64,000 nt of DNA from Octopus bimaculoides. Taxonomy: Eukaryota. The position numbers were made by a program, and so were the translations under genes. Shown here one piece after another: positions 48,281 to 62,692 of the stretch. Numbering within the stretch: position 1 is the stretch's first letter; each line of letters begins with the position of its first letter. The stretch spans positions 45,043,146-45,107,145 of the forward strand of contig NC_068992.1 of NCBI RefSeq assembly GCF_001194135.2, given 5' to 3'. The notes under the pieces are model-generated. The model was not told the DNA's origin. It saw nothing but the letters and a program-made list of their open reading frames with translations, and ran no database searches.

Positions 48281-50669
48281 NNNNNNNNNNNNNNNNNNNN
48301 NNNNNNNNNNNNNNNNNNNNNNNNNNNNNNNNNNNNNNNNNNNNNNNNNNNNNNNNNNNNNNNNNNNNNNNNNNNNNNNNNNNNNNNNNNNNNNNNNNNN
48401 NNNNNNNNNNNNNNNNNNNNNNNNNNNNNNNNNNNNNNNNNNNNNNNNNNNNNNNNNNNNNNNNNNNNNNNNNNNNNNNNNNNNNNNNNNNNNNNNNNNN
48501 NNNNNNNNNNNNNNNNNNNNNNNNNNNNNNNNNNNNNNNNNNNNNNNNNNNNNNNNNNNNNNNNNNNNNNNNNNNNNNNNNNNNNNNNNNNNNNNNNNNN
48601 NNNNNNNNNNNNNNNNNNNNNNNNNNNNNNNNNNNNNNNNNNNNNNNNNNNNNNNNNNNNNNNNNNNNNNNNNNNNNNNNNNNNNNNNNNNNNNNNNNNN
48701 NNNNNNNNNNNNNNNNNNNNNNNNNNNNNNNNNNNNNNNNNNNNNNNNNNNNNNNNNNNNNNNNNNNNNNNNNNNNNNNNNNNNNNNNNNNNNNNNNNNN
48801 NNNNNNNNNNNNNNNNNNNNNNNNNNNNNNNNNNNNNNNNNNNNNNNNNNNNNNNNNNNNNNNNNNNNNNNNNNNNNNNNNNNNNNNNNNNNNNNNNNNN
48901 NNNNNNNNNNNNNNNNNNNNNNNNNNNNNNNNNNNNNNNNNNNNNNNNNNNNNNNNNNNNNNNNNNNNNNATATATATATATATATACCGGAGTAAGCGT
49001 ATTCATATGCGTGTACCTGCGCTTACATATAGGGCCTGGGTTTGCACTTGTGCATATGCTGTTATGATTTCGTGCGTGTACGTTTTTTTTTTGTGTATAC
49101 ATGGGTAAGAGTATATGCTTATATTAATTTATACATACATGCATCTATATTATTATATATGTGTATGCGCGATTAGGTTCACACTCACATATACTTGTGT
49201 GTGTATATACGCATGTATACGGTTACGATCGTAAGTATTTGCGTACATATCAACATATGTATCTATATACGTGATGCTATATATATTTTTGTATACGCAT
49301 ATATGCGTAATCTAAATTTTATGCACGTTTACTATATACATATGTTCTTGCTTATTTTCTCTCTCTACTTCTTCCTTCCTATTCCCAGCCTTTCTCTCTT
49401 TTCTTCCTTTGCTATCTGTCTTTTTTCCCTTTCTTTCTTTCTTTATTCTTTTCCTTTCTTATGACAACTGCATTCCCCCGCCACCCCCTTTCCTATATTT
49501 AACGTTATTATAGATACGTTACTCTTTACCCCTCCACTCCATAGCTTAAGATACAATTTTCGTTACCAGCGCATAGGTTTTTTTCACGCGCAACTTAAAT
49601 GCGTGTGTGTGTATATGTGTGTAAATTTGTATTTATGTATATATCTGTGCCTTGTAAATATAGGCCTATATACGTAGATTGCCTTTGCGTATGCAACTGC
49701 GTATTTCGATGTATATGTTTATATATAGATATATATATGTTGTGGATAGCCTTGTATCCGTACATGCTATTGTAATTTTATTTTATTTTATTTTATTTTG
49801 AATGCAGCGTATACTTTATTTTATTGATTTGATTTTAATGTGTTAATTCAAATATAATTAATTATTTACAATATGTATTTTGAGCCCATTTTTCTATTTA
49901 AGGTTTTCTTCGATATATTTTTTTAATAGGATGAATCTATATTAAATTTATTTGGTCTGTGCATTACGCATCCATGACCGTTATTTGAAACGACCAATCC
50001 ATGACCGTTATTTGAAANNNNNNNNNNNNNNNNNNNNNNNNNNNNNNNNNNNNNNNNNNNNNNNNNNNNNNNNNNNNNNNNNNNNNNNNNNNNNNNNNNN
50101 NNNNNNNNNNNNNNNNNNNNNNNNNNNNNNNNNNNNNNNNNNNNNNNNNNNNNNNNNNNNNNNNNNNNNNNNNNNNNNNNNNNNNNNNNNNNNGAACGGG
50201 AACGTGAAACTCAGAGTAACAGTTTTTTGTTATATTTCTGCTGCTTTTAAATAAAGCATACTACTCTACCTCTGGTATTTGAGTACTCTTTTTTCCACCT
50301 TGTTGCACATTTCATGTGCTTACTCCGGTATATATATATATATATATGGGTACAGGACGTCACCAACTGTAGAAACAACATATTTTCTTCCGCCATCCTC
50401 CTCTAATTCCCTTTTTCTCCCCTTCACCGTTTTCTATCGGTCTCTTTCTCTCTCTCACCCTCTTGTTGCTCGCATGTTACCATCGTCCATCTTTCTTTTC
50501 CTCACATAACCATCTTTCTTATCCTGCACGACGTTCTAAGGACTGGACGTTTTCTTTTTCTCTCTTTTGTCTTTTCAAAGAGAGATTTGAACTCACAACA
50601 TAAAGATGGACAAAATACCACTCAGCATTTTGTCCGACATGCTAAGGATTCTGCCACCTTGCTGCCTTA

Positions 50670-51500
50670 ATAATAATAATCTTTTCTACTATAGGCACAA
50701 GGCCAGAAATTTGGGGGGATGGGGAAAGTTGACTACATCGACCCCAGTGTCCAACAGTGTCCAAAGTCAACCTCGGCGGAATTTGAACTCAGAACATAAA
50801 GACGGACGAAGTGCTGCTATGCATTTTGCTCAGCATGCTAACAATTTTGCCAGCTCGCTGCATTAATGATAATAATAACAACAACAACAATAATAATAAT
50901 AATAATAACACATTCTACTAAAAGCACAAGACCTGAAATGGTGGGGTGTACTAGTCGATTACATCGACCCCAGGGTGTCACTGGTACTCAATTTATCCAC
51001 CCCGAAAGTTTGAAATGCAAAGTTGACCTTGGCGGAATTTGAACCCAGCACATATCAATGGGCGAAATACTGCTAAGCATTTCATCCAACATGTTAACGA
51101 TTCTGCCAGCTCAGCGCTTCAATAATACTAATAATAATAATACTAATAATAATAATGATAATAATAATAGGCTGGCTGCCGACAAATTTTTCTGCTTTTA
51201 AAAAGAAAAAGGGATTTTATCCTTTATATCTATACTGTTCAGTATCTATGCGTTGAATACAATTTATCTTAGTACTTGTTCTCAATAATAATAATAATTT
51301 CTAGTATAGACACAAAATAGTCTGAAATTTGGAGGGAGGGGACTAGTAGATTACATCGACCCCAATGCTCAAGTGGTATTTCTTTCATCGACCCTGAAAG
51401 GATGAAAGACAAAGTCGATCTCAGCAATATAATTATGGGCACAAGGCCTGACGTTTTGTGTTAAGGAACAGGTGATTTAACTGGTGGTAGTAGTCGACTG
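50670..51500 (-). mobile_element. Stack of three to four head-to-tail family A SINEs separated by (AAT)n tails
   Basis: Copies at about 50685-50862, 50900-51117, 51298-51425 and a partial at 51430-51500, all on the minus strand. Confidence 0.88.
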
Positions 51501-51892
51501 GATTTACCGAAATCGAAGAATAGTAAACTTAGACTGTGAAGGGACATAACTCTATACAGCAAACAATATTCTACAAATATTAACGTACCACAAATGTATC
51601 ACACACTCTACCATTCCACCATTTTATGCACTCCTTTATCAATTCCACAAACACCACATCACAATACCAATTTGTCTAGCATTCTCTACCTATCTTTCCA
51701 TCCAACACAACAAAAATAAGACTCCTCTCTTTAAAGTACAGGTCAGAATCAGCTAGATCAGTGGACCCCCTTAAATTATTATTTGATTCTGGTGAACCTC
51801 CATAGCCGTTCGATCTTTTAAAAGCTAGTTTTATAGGCACTTCTTTCAGAATTCCTATTGTGTTTTTCACATATTCTCTTGCATACATTAGC

Positions 51893-51969
51893 AAGAAACA
51901 TGCTGAATTATGTTAAGCGTTAGAGAAAGAAACATGCTGAATTATGTTAAGCGTTAGAGAAAGAAACAT
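51893..51969. repeat. Perfect 34-bp tandem duplication inside the MITE
   Basis: aagaaacatgctgaattatgttaagcgttagaga twice, plus 9 nt of a third unit. Confidence 0.95.
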
Positions 51970-54134
51970 AGCTGGTTTTTCTTTTTTTATTCTTTCATTT
52001 TTGCAATAAATATATCAAAAGCAATTATTTTCATGGACTCTTAAAATAATACTGTAGATCCCCAAATTACTATTTTGTCTGCAAGGACCAAAAAATCACC
52101 TTATATAGCCTCTCCACCAGGTGTCATATGTACCCTTGTTGAGAACCACTGTGCTGGATGGTTTCCGTTCTTGGTTATATCGCTAGAAGTGAAGAGGTCA
52201 AGAGGATAATCAGTGACAGGATTGTCAATTTTAGTTCTATGAGATCAAATTCGTTGTGCAGGCATCACTCTATTTAACTTCAGCTCATGTAGCTCTTAGG
52301 TGTCAGTGATCACCTCTGATATATACAGGCGTTTTATCCAATGCATACATGTGACACAGATGGGAGAAACAGAAAAGAGAGAAAGAAAAAGATTCAAACA
52401 ATGAAGCACTTGCTTTATTGGCCCAAGTAATTTGCGAAAATGCATTTTAAAGAGCCACGACTATTGATTATTTCACCTAAAACAATATATATTCTTGTAC
52501 CAAATCAAAGGAAATAATTAAATTAGCGTTGGTATATTACTGGTTACACACACATGCATCATATACATACATACATATATACATACATACATACATACAT
52601 GAAATGATTGGTAGAAAAAAAGTAAAAAAACAAAAAGAACAAAGAAATTAATCATAACAGATTTTATAAACAAAAAAAAAAAAAAATTACGGTATTAAGT
52701 TACATTTCATGAAAATATGATATTTTAAGGAGGAAGAAAACAGTCTTTGAGTAAAAATTGTTTGGTCTCATAGCAACGACAATTGAGTGTTGTTGATGTG
52801 GAGATTATTTAGTAACTAAAACTACAGAACTGGATTAATTGCCTGAAAGAACAAAGAATAAAAGCAGTTCTTGTTGATAGTTTGTTGGGTAGAAAATTGT
52901 CAAGCATACTTGTGGAAATTATTTATACAATAAATTTAAAGAAATAAACTGAGTTGCTTTTCGATGAATGAAAGAAATGTGGATAGGAACAGAAACAAAA
53001 TTGATTCAATCTTATGGACGTAAAAATATTAGTGTAGGGGATATAACTCTTCATATGTTAACCGAAAATATCTTGAGACAAAATTTATTTGATATATTGC
53101 TTATAAATAAGAGATTTCAGTTAATTTTTATTTAAACGATAAATTTTGGTTGACTTTTATTGTTAACATTTTTAAATTTCAAGAACTATATAATTAAATT
53201 AAGTATAAATTTTAAATACTATTTGAATAACAGTATAAAATTGCTTTAAAAAGGAGAAACTATTTATTAAAACGGAAATTTCAGGTGTAAGGGACATAAC
53301 ACTGACATAATATGGTCTAAAATAGATTTGAGATTTAAAAATATTTTTTTAAAATTTAACCCGTTTCGTTCAGTTTTTTAGCGTTAAAAATTTCATGTTG
53401 TTTCCATATCTGTTCTAATCTGTGTGAAAATGATGGATAGGATAAACCATTGAAGCAAAGTTTCCCAAGAGAGTCTGATAATTATATTTTCAGTACATGT
53501 TATAAATCTGTTCTAAAATGTTTCAGAGGAGTTTTAACACTTGGTGGGACTACTTAATTGAAGAGTTATTCCAATCACAATTTTTTTTTTTTTTTTTGTA
53601 AAAGGACTATCATTTATATTCAATTCGTTGATAGTCAGCAAATTTTAAATGTCACCTATACTGGGGTAACATAACCGTAGATAAATGTAGATACCGTAAG
53701 CTCACATAGCACCTTTTCACAGAAGTGGTCATTACACATCTGGAGTGGTGCTGCTCCTGTTATACGTTGAAGCAATGTTTCCATATCTAGGACAGTACTC
53801 CTGTCTCGCATACTCAGACATACACAAACCTCCCAGATCTGCATTTCAGTACTGCTTACATATCAGTGACAGTGCTGCCATTACACACATAAAAATCTTA
53901 GACCAATATTACAGCACTACTCACATATCTAAGGTATACCACTATACATCAGACACCTAAAACGAGTCCTTCCTCCTAATTAAAAAATATTTTTCACCAA
54001 CACATACCAACATCTGGTTTATAGATGTAAATTTTCATTAATACAACTCTTCAATCATAACTATCTCGGTTGTTGCTCCACCGAACTAGCAAGTTATATA
54101 CCAGTTTCATTTAAATTTCCCCTGAAATTCACTA

Positions 54135-54270
54135 TCTTAACATTCTCCTTGCTTTATTTGACTTCACTAGACACCAAACAACTAAATGCATTTTCCAAAT
54201 CCTTCCTGCCATCCACCTGGAACCTACATAGCCCCTTTAGAAGTTGAGACTGAACATTCATTGATTCAGC
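54135..54270 (-). other. Candidate spliced 3'-terminal exon of the FIP-RBD-like gene
   Basis: Strong minus-strand acceptor gtgttctcctctctttccacag at 54271-54292 and a minus-strand AATAAA at 54153-54158; lies near the edge of the CpG-poor domain. Confidence 0.4.
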
Positions 54271-54359
54271 CTGTGGAAAGAGAGGAGAACACATTTCATG
54301 GCTAATCTCCATATTCCACCCAAATTTCATGGTTTAATCAGTGAATAGAGATCACATTA

Positions 54360-55263
54360 GTAGGGCAATATAAGAATATTATAGCAATATAACATAATAC
54401 AGTATTGGTGTGGCATGGTATAACATGTATAGTATTACATATACTATAAACAGAGTACAACACAAAGTCACAGTATTACATGGTCAAAACATAGTTTTCA
54501 TATAACATTGTATAACACATAGTATTGATAGTAGTAACATGTTACAGTACTACATAGTTACATGATATTGGTATAACATCGTATAATACAGTATATCCTG
54601 TAACATTGGTATAACAGAGTATGGTTTCTAGTATAACACAGTACTTATAACATGTAGTATTGAAACAATGTAATATACCATATTATTGGCATAACATAAT
54701 ACAGTCAAGTGTATAATATTGGTATTACAAATGATTATATATAGTATAAAACAATGAATCTATTTACTTACAGTATATAATATTAGCATGCATATAGAAA
54801 ATTTTTTAGGCATAGATTAACATATATTATTGGTATATTATAGTATAACATAATATTTGTATATTACATTGTTATAACATACGGTTTCACTATAACAGTG
54901 AATATCATATCAGTATTACATATAAAAATATATAACAGTATTACATGGAGTATAATATGCAGTATAGATATAACATAGTTATAATGCATTGTACTGGTAT
55001 TAGATATAGTTATAACATAAAGAACTGGAATAACATATTTATAACATAACATCAGTATAACATAGTCAAAACATATAGCATTGGTATAAAATATATAGTG
55101 TTAGTACAACATAGTAATAACATAGTAATAAAACAGATAAATTGCATAGTATTGTATTCCACTACATGAGAAGTATATTGTTATTTTGTTATACTATGTT
55201 GAGGTAAGTATGGTACTGTCATAATAATGATATAGTATATAGTAGTGATTTAGTATTGATATA
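54360..55263. repeat. Degenerate AT-rich minisatellite built from TATAACA / ACATAGT / GTATT motifs
   Basis: Dozens of interleaved tataaca, catagta and cagtatt motifs over about 900 bp, ending at a gap. Confidence 0.8.
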
Positions 55264-55688
55264 NNNNNNNNNNNNNNNNNNNNNNNNNNNNNNNNNNNNN
55301 NNNNNNNNNNNNNNNNNNNNNNNNNNNNNNNNNNNNNNNNNNNNNNNNNNNNNNNNNNNNNNNNNNNNNNNNNNNNNNNNNNNNNNNNNNNNNNNNNNNN
55401 NNNNNNNNNNNNNNNNNNNNNNNNNNNNNNNNNNNNNNNNNNNNNNNNNNNNNNNNNNNNNNNNNNNNNNNNNNNNNNNNNNNNNNNNNNNNNNNNNNNN
55501 NNNNNNNNNNNNNNNNNNNNNNNNNNNNNNNNNNNNNNNNNNNNNNNNNNNNNNNNNNNNNNNNNNNNNNNNNNNNNNNNNNNNNNNNNNNNNNNNNNNN
55601 NNNNNNNNNNNNNNNNNNNNNNNNNNNNNNNNNNNNNNNNNNNNNNNNNNNNNNNNNNNNNNNNNNNNNNNNNNNNNNNNNNNNNNNN

Positions 55689-55742
<54 letters not shown>

Positions 55743-56399
55743 CATACATACATACATAGAAACACATATACATATATACACATCTATATATATACAGTAA
55801 TCCCTCGCCATATCACGATTTACCTATTGTGGTTTATTATTTAACCGTACATCGATTCTCCGTGGTGTTGTTTTATATTTATAACAAAATAAATATATAC
55901 AAATTATAAAAACAATTAAAAAAAATATACAGTACAGTACTGTTTCTATTTTGCAGATTTTCACCAATCATGGGGGGTTTTGGAACATACCACGATAGTA
56001 GAGTGATTACTGTATGTATATATATATATATATATACAGAGAGAGAGAGGCACAATGGCTGTAAATAAGCATCTAGCTCAGGAGAGTCTATGTAGGTGCT
56101 TAACTTGTCAGAAACTGTCACAAATCACACCTTGTCAGCCTTAGTTAAGGAAGGACACATTAGATATTATGGTCCAAAATGGCCTTAAAACATGAGATGG
56201 TCATAGTTGAAAAGTCCTTGATTATGAACCTGTCCCAATCAGGCTGAACTGGAGCATAACAACATCCAGAGAAAGTTAATGGTAAATGACACAACCAAAA
56301 GAATGATACCCCCCTCCACCTCAACACTCCTTCGGTGCAATGTCCTTGTGAACAAGACCATCAGAGAGAGCAAACCCTACCTTGTGTAATATCTCAGTA

Positions 56400-56620
56400 A
56401 ACCCTTGATGGCATTGATGTCTGACATGACTAGAAAATCCGTAGTGCTGGCTTTAGCATGCTTGAGTTCAACGCCCTGCAACTTCAGTTCTTCCTCAATT
56501 TGTTTCGCTCATGTCTTCTCTGGTGTGCTGTGCTGGATTCTCCAGTATCTTTGTCACTGCTACCACAAGAAAAGACAAGGCAAACCCCTATTCTATATAA
56601 TGTCCCAGTAAAACCTTGTG
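56400..56620 (-). mobile_element. Degenerate RTE-like LINE ORF C-terminus
   Basis: Minus frame LW*Q*QRYWRIQHSTPEKT*AKQIEEELKLQGVELKHAKA resembles the LW..G.R.RGRP.KTW..Q..ED end of RTE ORFs; several stops. Confidence 0.5.
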
Positions 56621-57195
56621 GACACTAATGTACAGTATCTAATCATAAATTCATGATTCTTACATCTTATAAAACTGACATCCACAACCATATCAGTGAT
56701 TCAATACAATTTTTACTCATAAATATACATACATAAATACGTACAATTATATATGTATAAATATATACAGTTATAGTTGTATAAATATTTACAGGTTCAC
56801 CTATGGACCCCTTCGACAACTATTTTAATCAGCTGGCCCTTCTTAGTCATTCGATGTTTAAAAAACTCGTATTGTAGTTTTATAATTAAATACAATTAGG
56901 AAATGCATTTTAAAAAATTGTTGAAATATTTTGTGTATTTTACAAGTATGACAAATTTTTTATTGTTAAATTTTAACAACAAAATCTCATATGGAACCCT
57001 TAGGGCCAAATGAACCCAGTGGGGAACCACTGGTATATATACATCACACACACACACATATATATATGCATATCACACACAATAGACAGTACACAAGCAA
57101 AATGTGACATTCATCTGAGAGATGAGTCTGACAACCATTTTAACCCGGACCAGTAAGGAAAGTACACTGATGATGTTACACTTGTATGTATGCAT

Positions 57196-57250
<55 letters not shown>

Positions 57251-57277
57251 TGAGTGAGTGAGTGAGTGAGTGAGTGA

Positions 57278-57310
<33 letters not shown>

Positions 57311-57314
<4 letters not shown>

Positions 57315-57762
57315 TGCTCCTCAACTGCATATTTCAAGGTTTAGTCCCACTACATGTCATTTGGGACAAGTGTCTTCTTCTATAGCCTTGGGATGACCAA
57401 AACCCTGTGAGTGGATTTGGTAGACAGAAACTGAAAGAAGCCTATCATGTGTGTATATATATATTGTAACAACAGTGATAGAGATTTCATATTTAGGAAA
57501 CATTCCTGATAAAATATATGTATATTGTGTGTATATATGTGTGTGTGTGTGCGTGTGACTGTGCTTGTCCACCACCACAGCTTGACAACCAGTGTTGGTT
57601 TATTAATGCCCCTGTAACTTGCACTTTGGCAAAACAAACTAATGGAATAAGCACATGGCACAAAATTTTAAAAATGTACTGGGAGGTCAATTCGTTTAGC
57701 TAAAATCTCTTCAAGGCAGTGCCCAAGCATAGCCACAGTCTAATCACAGAAACAAGTAAAAG

Positions 57763-57763
<1 letters not shown>
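57311..57763 (+). mobile_element. Family B SINE with pervasive CpG decay and an internal insert
   Basis: gtagacagaaactgaaagaagcctatcat compared with gtagacggaaactgaaagaagcccgtcgt in the 43-44 kb copies. Confidence 0.85.
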
Positions 57764-57799
<36 letters not shown>

Positions 57800-58154
57800 G
57801 ATATATATATATATATATATATATNNNNNNNNNNNNNNNNNNNNNNNNNNNNNNNNNNNNNNNNNNNNNNNNNNNNNNNNNNNNNNNNNNNNNNNNNNNN
57901 NNNNNNNNNNNNNNNNNNNNNNNNNNNNNNNNNNNNNNNNNNNNNNNNNNNNNNNNNNNNNNNNNNNNNNNNNNNNNNNNNNNNNNNNNNNNNNNNNNNN
58001 NNNNNNNNNNNNNNNNNNNNNNNNNNNNNNNNNNNNNNNNNNNNNNNNNNNNNNNNNNNNNNNNNNNNNNNNNNNNNNNNNNNNNNNNNNNNNNNNNNNN
58101 NNNNNNNNNNNNNNNNNNNNNNNNNNNNNNNNNNNNNNNNNNNNNNNNNNNNNN

Positions 58155-58203
<49 letters not shown>

Positions 58204-59477
58204 AGCAGGTGTGACTGTGTCATTAAGAAGTTTTTCTCAGAACCACCTGGTTTTAGGATCATACCTACTTCATGGCCACGACAATGAGTGAAATCTCATT
58301 AAAAAAAAGAACTATATGAAGGAAGTTCTGTGTAAACGTGTGTGCACGCGCATGTGTATGAGAGAGCATGAATGCATGTGCATGTGTGTATATATACTCA
58401 ACCAATACTGTTAGAGACTTCATATTTTGGAAACATTCCTGACAAAATGACATGCATCTCATTACAACTACTTCTTTTTCATATAATTATAACAACTATT
58501 ATTAAGTGATTATAACAACCATTATTAATAATTATTTCATAATTATAATAATCGTTATTAATAATTATTCTATGTAATTATAATTACCATTATTAATTGT
58601 GCTTGCTAATGTTCACTGATGTTACTGAAACAGCCACAGAAAAAACAAAAATAATATTTCTGAAAATGCAATTTTACTAATATATATGAGTGTGTGCATT
58701 AACATGTCTTCCTCACATCTCCATATTTGTGTGCAATAATTGTAAAACAAAGTCAGCACCATACAAACGGTGCTATTTATTTACAATATTCCATGGGAAG
58801 ATGTTTGGTCATTTGGCTGCTCATTGTTCAGTGGATTAGAGAGACTAATATATTATCTGCACACAGAAGAGGGTTAGCAACAAAATCATCCATCTGTTGA
58901 AAAACCTACCACAACAAGTTTCATCTGATCTATGCTCATCTGATCATGGAAAAGTAGAGATTAGTTTCTGTGTGTGTGTGTGTATGTAACAAAACAGGAA
59001 ATTGGTAATATTTTGGTATTGTTTATTCACCATTACATGTTTTTCATTTGCTAATAGGAAATTCTTTACATGTTTATCAAACATGTAAACCTTTGTAATT
59101 CCTATTAGCAAACGAAACATGTGTAATGGTGAATAAATAATATAAAGAGAATTACCATTTTCCTGTTTTGTTATACACGAACTCTGCAAATAATATTTCC
59201 ATAATTCTCAATCTCAATATGTATTTTGAACTCACTTGCAACAGCAACTAGTACTACATGTTGGATTGTAATAATAGAATAAGCAGCGGAAACTGTTGGT
59301 ATTTACCCTANNNNNNNNNNNNNNNNNNNNNNNNNNNNNNNNNNNNNNNNNNNNNNNNNNNNNNNNNNNNNNNNNNNNNNNNNNNNNNNNNNNNNNNNNN
59401 NNNNNNNNNNNNNNNNNNNNNNNNNNNNNNNATATATATATAAACATATATGTAACTACACACACACACACATACAC

Positions 59478-59532
<55 letters not shown>

Positions 59533-61062
59533 ATATGTCTCTTTTTACTGACCAGATTTACATTACATTTTTGTATGCCTTTCACAATGATGGAAAACAA
59601 ACATCAAAAATAAACAATGAAATAATTTGAAGAGCTAACATGGTTTTTAACGATAATGTTTCACGTTTTAACAGAGCCAAACATCACACCTACACACACA
59701 CACACACAGCTTACAATGATTTATTTTCTTTCATATAATGTTTGGTTGAGTATTAGCAGAAGTGAACAGAGTTGTTAAATATATTACAGGTTGTTTTATT
59801 ATTTTACAGGGGCTTTTAGTATTTTACTATGAAAAACGAAATAAAATTTCAAACCAAAACCGTTTCCAAGATGTGGGTGTACCAAACTTTAGTTCTTAAC
59901 CACTGCCAGAAATTCAATGTTCTTTTATTTTTTCATTTTTCTCTTACTTTTAATCTTTTCTTTATTTGACATCGAAAACACTCATAAAAGGAGGAATAAA
60001 GTCATTTAATGGTTCTCTTGTTATCTGAAGAATTGTTTTTGTGCCAAGACAAGAAATATTTGATGTTCTTAACTACCCATTGACTACGCAGAGAGGAGCT
60101 ACACATTTCACACCACAATCGTGTATATCAGTGACATGACATTAAATAATGTGTTTGTACATGGCACCTTTCTTCTGTACAAATGTGTGTATTTTACACA
60201 GACAATTCATAAAATTACAAAACAGATGCTTGCTTTTTAGTTTGATGGTGAAGAGTGGTAGAAGACTGTCCAGTGTAGCTTTAAGATTGAAAAGATAAGA
60301 CAAAGTTCAAAATATCAAGAGAAACAAAACAGAGATTATCAGAAGATTTTCAAGCTTGCATTCACGGAAGTACAGTTTTATACTAGTTTTGTGGTGTTTT
60401 AGTCATTACGGCTACAACCATACTGGAGCAATAGCCTTATGTGTCCCATTTTGTCTTTCTATCATAACATAACCAGCTCACATCATAATATTAGCTCTAT
60501 GGATAAACCATAAGCTATTAGAAAAAACTGCAGTAATGTAGAAAACATCATGCATACATACTTGCATGCATACACACACGCACACACAGGGAGAGAGGCA
60601 CTTCGTTCAGTGAGAAACTCGGTATTGATGTTGTAAGCAATGGATTTAGGAGTGTATGATGTAGCATGGTGCTCTGACAAGTCAATTCCTAAGATATAAA
60701 TGTCTCAGAAGTAGATTATCAAACAGCAATAAATAAATGGTCAATCAGTTTCTTAATTCAACTTTCATCACTTTGTCTCTTTGTTTTATACATTTCTCTA
60801 ACATCAGCTGACATCAACATCACCAACTAACATCATAATCACCATCATCATTACTATCATCATCATCATTACTATCATCATCATCATCACTATCATTATC
60901 ATCAATAACTATTAATCTGAATCAACAACTCAATAATTGTCTGTTCAGCTGCCAGCACCTGCAGTAATAGTGTTCTAGTGAAAATCACTCTACTGTCACT
61001 GACCCAGTTCAGCTTATATTTTATGTTGATATAAAGAGCTCCAAACTGAAGCAGAATATAGT

Positions 61063-61325
61063 AAATGCCAGGTGTGAGGAGATGGAGAAAAACTGATTAA
61101 CAACATCGTTTCTGGTCATTACGTCTTAACCAAGAAAGACTTGTCCATAGACATGAGAGTTGGGCCTTACATACACTGGACGTTATGTCAGTACTATGAA
61201 ATGCTAACAGAAGAGATGTAGATATATACCTACAATTCCCAAGAATAGCAAAGCAACCATGTCCTGAGATATGCCAATATACTTGGGCAGAGAGATCAAG
61301 GCTAATGGACCAGATATTGTTGAAG
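61063..61325 (+). mobile_element. Old, degenerate R4/Dong-like CCHC-RLE fragment
   Basis: KCQV*GDGEKLINNIVSG / HRHE / VGPYIHWTLCQYYE / DMPIYLGREIKANGPDIV is collinear with the 28668 fragment, with stops and frameshifts. Confidence 0.75.
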
Positions 61326-62692
61326 GCGTCCTAGGCGCATGAAACTGCACTCAGTAGTGCAATGAAAGTACAAATTAACAATAAAACTATTTATAATTGA
61401 GAATGATGGGGAGACAATGAAACCACTCAAAGCAGTTTTAATGAGCCTAAGTCATTATTACCAATGATGGTATGTAACTTAAATTTTTAATATAATAGAT
61501 TTTATGGAAGTTAGTCCATAAGAATGGATGGTTGTATGTGAGTCATTCACAACCCAAACACTGCTTGTACATTATATATATATATATAGTTGTAATATGC
61601 AATATTTTACACAGAGATAGCTTCCAGATATTGACAATTCATATAGGAACACAAAATATATTCTAAGTTGTTAAATTACAGAAAAGAATGACAACACACC
61701 ACTTGGAAACATTTGAAACCACACCTTACAACAGCGGCCTACCGCATGAGATCTTGAGGCCTTTACCTAAAATATTTTAGGATGACTTGAAGTAGAGAAT
61801 TGTGAGTGGAAGTTTCCTACAAAATCAACAGTTTTATAGACACATCCATCAGAAATATTCCATTGTGTTGGATGATTCACTGTTCTGGAGAACAATTACA
61901 GAGTAGTGACCACTAAGGAGTGTGGGGATGTGTAGAGTTTAGTTAATTACAGAGATCAGTGAAGATTATTTGTAACTATTCGGTTAATTTTGATTATTCT
62001 AAACATGCTGGCATGAATTTGATAAAAAAAAAAAGAAATTATATTCATTGAAATTAGTTTCAAAATTTACAAAAATTAATGTCAATAAAATTAAATTATG
62101 ACAATTAGAATGGATATTTAAAATATTAAACTAAATAATGACATCAATATTAGTGCATGTGTGTCTGATAAAAATACAATAAATGGACACTTTTTCTCAT
62201 TAATTCATTGTGTATTTGCTTTAAGCATTAGTAAAAATATTTGTGTTAATAATGTAGAGATACTTCAACAGAAAACAGTAATATCTAAATAAAAATAGAT
62301 TAATTGGAATTAGTTAAAAACTTATGATTAATTAAAAATTTACAATTAATTAAAAATAGAGATTTTATAAAATTGTTTTGTAATAAAGAATGTAAAAATA
62401 TTTTATCAAAATGACAATTCTGACTTTTGAGTTTAATACATTGGAGATTCCATTTTTTTTCAGTTAAGTTAAAAATAGAAGAATAAAAACCAACAGAGTG
62501 ACTCCATTATCATCAACTAATGAACTCAGTGAGAGGGGGAGATATCCAAAGTCATATAATGAAGTCCTTTGTGTAGTGGAGGGAGATCTGATTATCTTCA
62601 GTGGGCAACTCAGAAAATAGATGACGTCTTTATGAGCTGTCAGTGAACACACATGTCATAATATTATACAGGTGGTCCTTATAATAGGCCAA

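Noticed and set aside
53656-53844. ITGAAPL...IYGY resembling an acyl-CoA synthetase motif
   Set aside because: The spacing and the GYG-x-TE motif do not fit, so this is a chance match.
5555-59613. Long ORFs of 100-445 aa in the track (for example 5555-6511, 8721-10058, 48149-49102, 55194-55811)
   Set aside because: They are open only because they run through N gaps and (TA)n or (CA)n microsatellites.
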